A stretch of 64,000 nucleotides of DNA from Gemmatimonadaceae bacterium (GTDB lineage Bacteria > Gemmatimonadota > Gemmatimonadetes > Gemmatimonadales > Gemmatimonadaceae): NCBI GenBank assembly GCA_031411975.1, contig JANOCB010000096.1, forward strand, positions 22,971 through 86,970, read 5' to 3'. Under the pieces are notes generated by a model, which ran no database searches, was not told the DNA's origin, and saw only the letters and a list, made by a program, of their open reading frames with translations. The position numbers and the translations under genes are program-made. This document shows, one piece after another, positions 62,229 through 64,000 of the stretch. The stretch's first letter is position 1; every line of letters begins with the position of its first letter.

Positions 62229-63220
62229 GTTTCGATACTGTCTCGACGAAGCGCATCGATGGTACGCGATACACCATCGGCAGCTGAAACCCGTGGCATG
62301 TAGCCCAGCACGGTGCGGGCCCGACTGATGTCGTAGGTCTGCGTCAGCGCCAGGATCCGGGCCGAATAGCGCGTGAGCGTCGGCTCGCGTCGCGTGACCA
62401 CAGCAACGGACTCCATCACCGCGGCAGCTGCCAGCGCCACCGGCAGCGGGATTCGACGCGACGGATAGGGCAGGCCGACCCCGTGGAGCAGGGCGCGGAT
62501 CATCTCCCAGAGCCTGACATGCTCACCGCCGGTGATCAGGAAGCAGCCGCCGACGCCAGCCTCCGTGTGCAGTGCGCACTCCACCGCCTGCACCACGTCG
62601 TCCACATGGGTCACGTCCACGGCGTTCGTGCCATCACCGATCTGCGGCAGTCGGCCGTCGCGGGCCGCGCGAAGCAAGCGGGGCACGAGGGCGCGATCCC
62701 CATCACCGTAGATCGCCTTCGGACGCAGGATGACCGTTGCCATCCGGCTGGAGGCCGCTGTGACGAGCGCTTCCGCCAGCAGCTTGGTACGGGCGTACTC
62801 GCTGGAATGCCGGCCAGGACAGGGCGCGTCGTCCCCGACATCGTGCTGGTCGCTCCCGGCAAAGATCACGGCCGGCGACGAGATGTGGACCAGTCTTCCG
62901 ACGCGACCTGCGTCTGCAGCGGCAAGCACGTTGGCGGTGCCGGTGACGTTGGCGGCTTCGAAATCGGCCCGCGCACCCCACGGTGCCGACAGGGCGGCGC
63001 AGTGCACGATGGCGTCGCACCCCGCCGCAGCGGCGGTGAGTGCGGCCAGGTCGGTCAGGTCGGCGCGAACGACCTGCACCTCGGGGGCAAACTGCAGCCG
63101 GGAGCGCTCCCGCCCCTGGGCACGGACGGTGAGCCCACGGGCGGCGAGCGTCCTGACGACGTGCCCCCCGAGAAAACCGGAGGCACCGGTAACCAGAACC
63201 GAACGGGGAGGCAGTGTCAC
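62225..63220 (-). CDS. NAD(P)-dependent epimerase/dehydratase (3-beta-hydroxysteroid-dehydrogenase-like extended SDR)
   Basis: VLVTGASGFLGGHVV Rossmann motif and YxxxK (SSEYARTKLLAE). ATGA overlap with the MBL gene. Confidence 0.85.
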   Translation of the reverse strand: MTLPPRSVLVTGASGFLGGHVVRTLAARGLTVRAQGRERSRLQFAPEVQVVRADLTDLAALTAAAAGCDAIVHCAALSAPWGARADFEAANVTGTANVLAAADAGRVGRLVHISSPAVIFAGSDQHDVGDDAPCPGRHSSEYARTKLLAEALVTAASSRMATVILRPKAIYGDGDRALVPRLLRAARDGRLPQIGDGTNAVDVTHVDDVVQAVECALHTEAGVGGCFLITGGEHVRLWEMIRALLHGVGLPYPSRRIPLPVALAAAAVMESVAVVTRREPTLTRYSARILALTQTYDISRARTVLGYMPRVSAADGVSRTIDALRRDSIET

Positions 63221-63251
63221 GACGTGAGTCTACACTCGCGCCCGCCGCAGG

Positions 63252-64000
63252 TCACACGATGCTGCGGCTCAGCCGCTCGAGCGTATGGGCGGCGACGACG
63301 GTGGCCGTGGTCGATCCCCGGGTGCCATCGTGGAGCAGCCGGGAGGCGAACTCGAGCTCGAAAATGGCGAGCAGTGCGTGCAGGGCGCCGCCACCGGTGC
63401 CGTAGCCTTCGAGGCAGGCCTTCCTCGCCTCACGTTCCCAGAGCCATGCGATCTCGAGAGCCTTCTCGTCACCACCGGCATCAACGGCGGCCATCGCCGC
63501 CGACTCGGCAATCGACACCAGCATCCGGGCCACGTCGCGCCAAGGGGATTGCGGCATGACGCGCTCGCGATCGGGCAAGGCGGGGTCTCCATCGAACTCG
63601 ACCACGCACAGCGAGCGCGGTGGTGACATGAGGACGTTGTGGAGACGGAGATTGCCGTGAATCCGGTGGATCAGCCCCGGCGAGCGCTCCGCCGCGGCGC
63701 CGAACTGCTGCAACTTGCCGGGCAGCACATCGAGCGCGTCGAGCAGTGCAGTGCGCTGGTGTTCGCCATGTCGGTAGGCGAGGGAGGCAGCGCTCAACGT
63801 GGACCAGGCCCGTGCCACCCACACTTCCACATCGCCGATGTCTGCGGGAATCGCGCCGGCAATTACCCCTCTGTCGAAGGGCCGTCCGAGCGCGGCGTGC
63901 AACTCCCGCGTCGCGACGCCGACGGCGCGCACGTCATCGAGGGCAACGGCCTGCAGTGAGGGATCGCCCTCGAGAGATCGCCGCAGACGGTGCACGAGGA
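63252..64000 (-). CDS. Aminoglycoside-phosphotransferase-like kinase (APH/choline-kinase fold), N-terminus outside the window
   Basis: Brenner/catalytic-loop motif IHGNLRLHNVL and a downstream …VEFDGD… (DFG-like Mg-binding D). The ORF is open to the window edge. Confidence 0.55.
   Translation of the reverse strand, partial: LVHRLRRSLEGDPSLQAVALDDVRAVGVATRELHAALGRPFDRGVIAGAIPADIGDVEVWVARAWSTLSAASLAYRHGEHQRTALLDALDVLPGKLQQFGAAAERSPGLIHRIHGNLRLHNVLMSPPRSLCVVEFDGDPALPDRERVMPQSPWRDVARMLVSIAESAAMAAVDAGGDEKALEIAWLWEREARKACLEGYGTGGGALHALLAIFELEFASRLLHDGTRGSTTATVVAAHTLERLSRSIV

Overview
This is a high-GC (~70%) chromosomal window with no conspicuous Shine-Dalgarno motifs. It contains many predicted secreted proteins and lipoproteins and one PEP-CTERM sorting-signal protein. 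That gene content is consistent with a Gemmatimonadetes-like Gram-negative genome. The window is densely coding and mostly housekeeping or envelope genes: trmL, an acyl-CoA ligase, fabZ, ilvE, sodC, leuS, gyrA, a dihydrolipoamide acyltransferase E2 gene followed by lpdA, rnhA, and an ECF sigma/anti-sigma pair. Long ORFs on the strand opposite real genes are the usual high-GC artefacts.

I found no rRNA, tRNA, CRISPR array, IS element or prophage. The items most worth a second look are:
1. A five-gene minus-strand operon at the right edge (58960..64000): a FabH-like condensing enzyme, an F390-synthetase/PaaK-like adenylating enzyme, an MBL-fold hydrolase, a 3-beta-HSD-family NAD reductase and an APH-family kinase. 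It is reminiscent of OleABCD-type lipid pathways but is not a match, and it has three ~20-bp direct repeats in its only sizeable intergenic gap.
2. A dispersed ~130-140 bp intergenic element with ~25-bp terminal inverted repeats (CTCACACGGAGGCACGG ... CCTCCGTGTGAG), present twice, both times between convergent genes.
3. A six-gene translationally coupled operon: GHMP kinase, M20 peptidase, a 69-aa protein, RNase HI, a 351-aa hypothetical with a possible PD-(D/E)xK-like C-terminus, and a double zinc ribbon.
4. A secreted small protein built from charged heptad repeats.
5. Several long perfect palindromes at convergent gene junctions.
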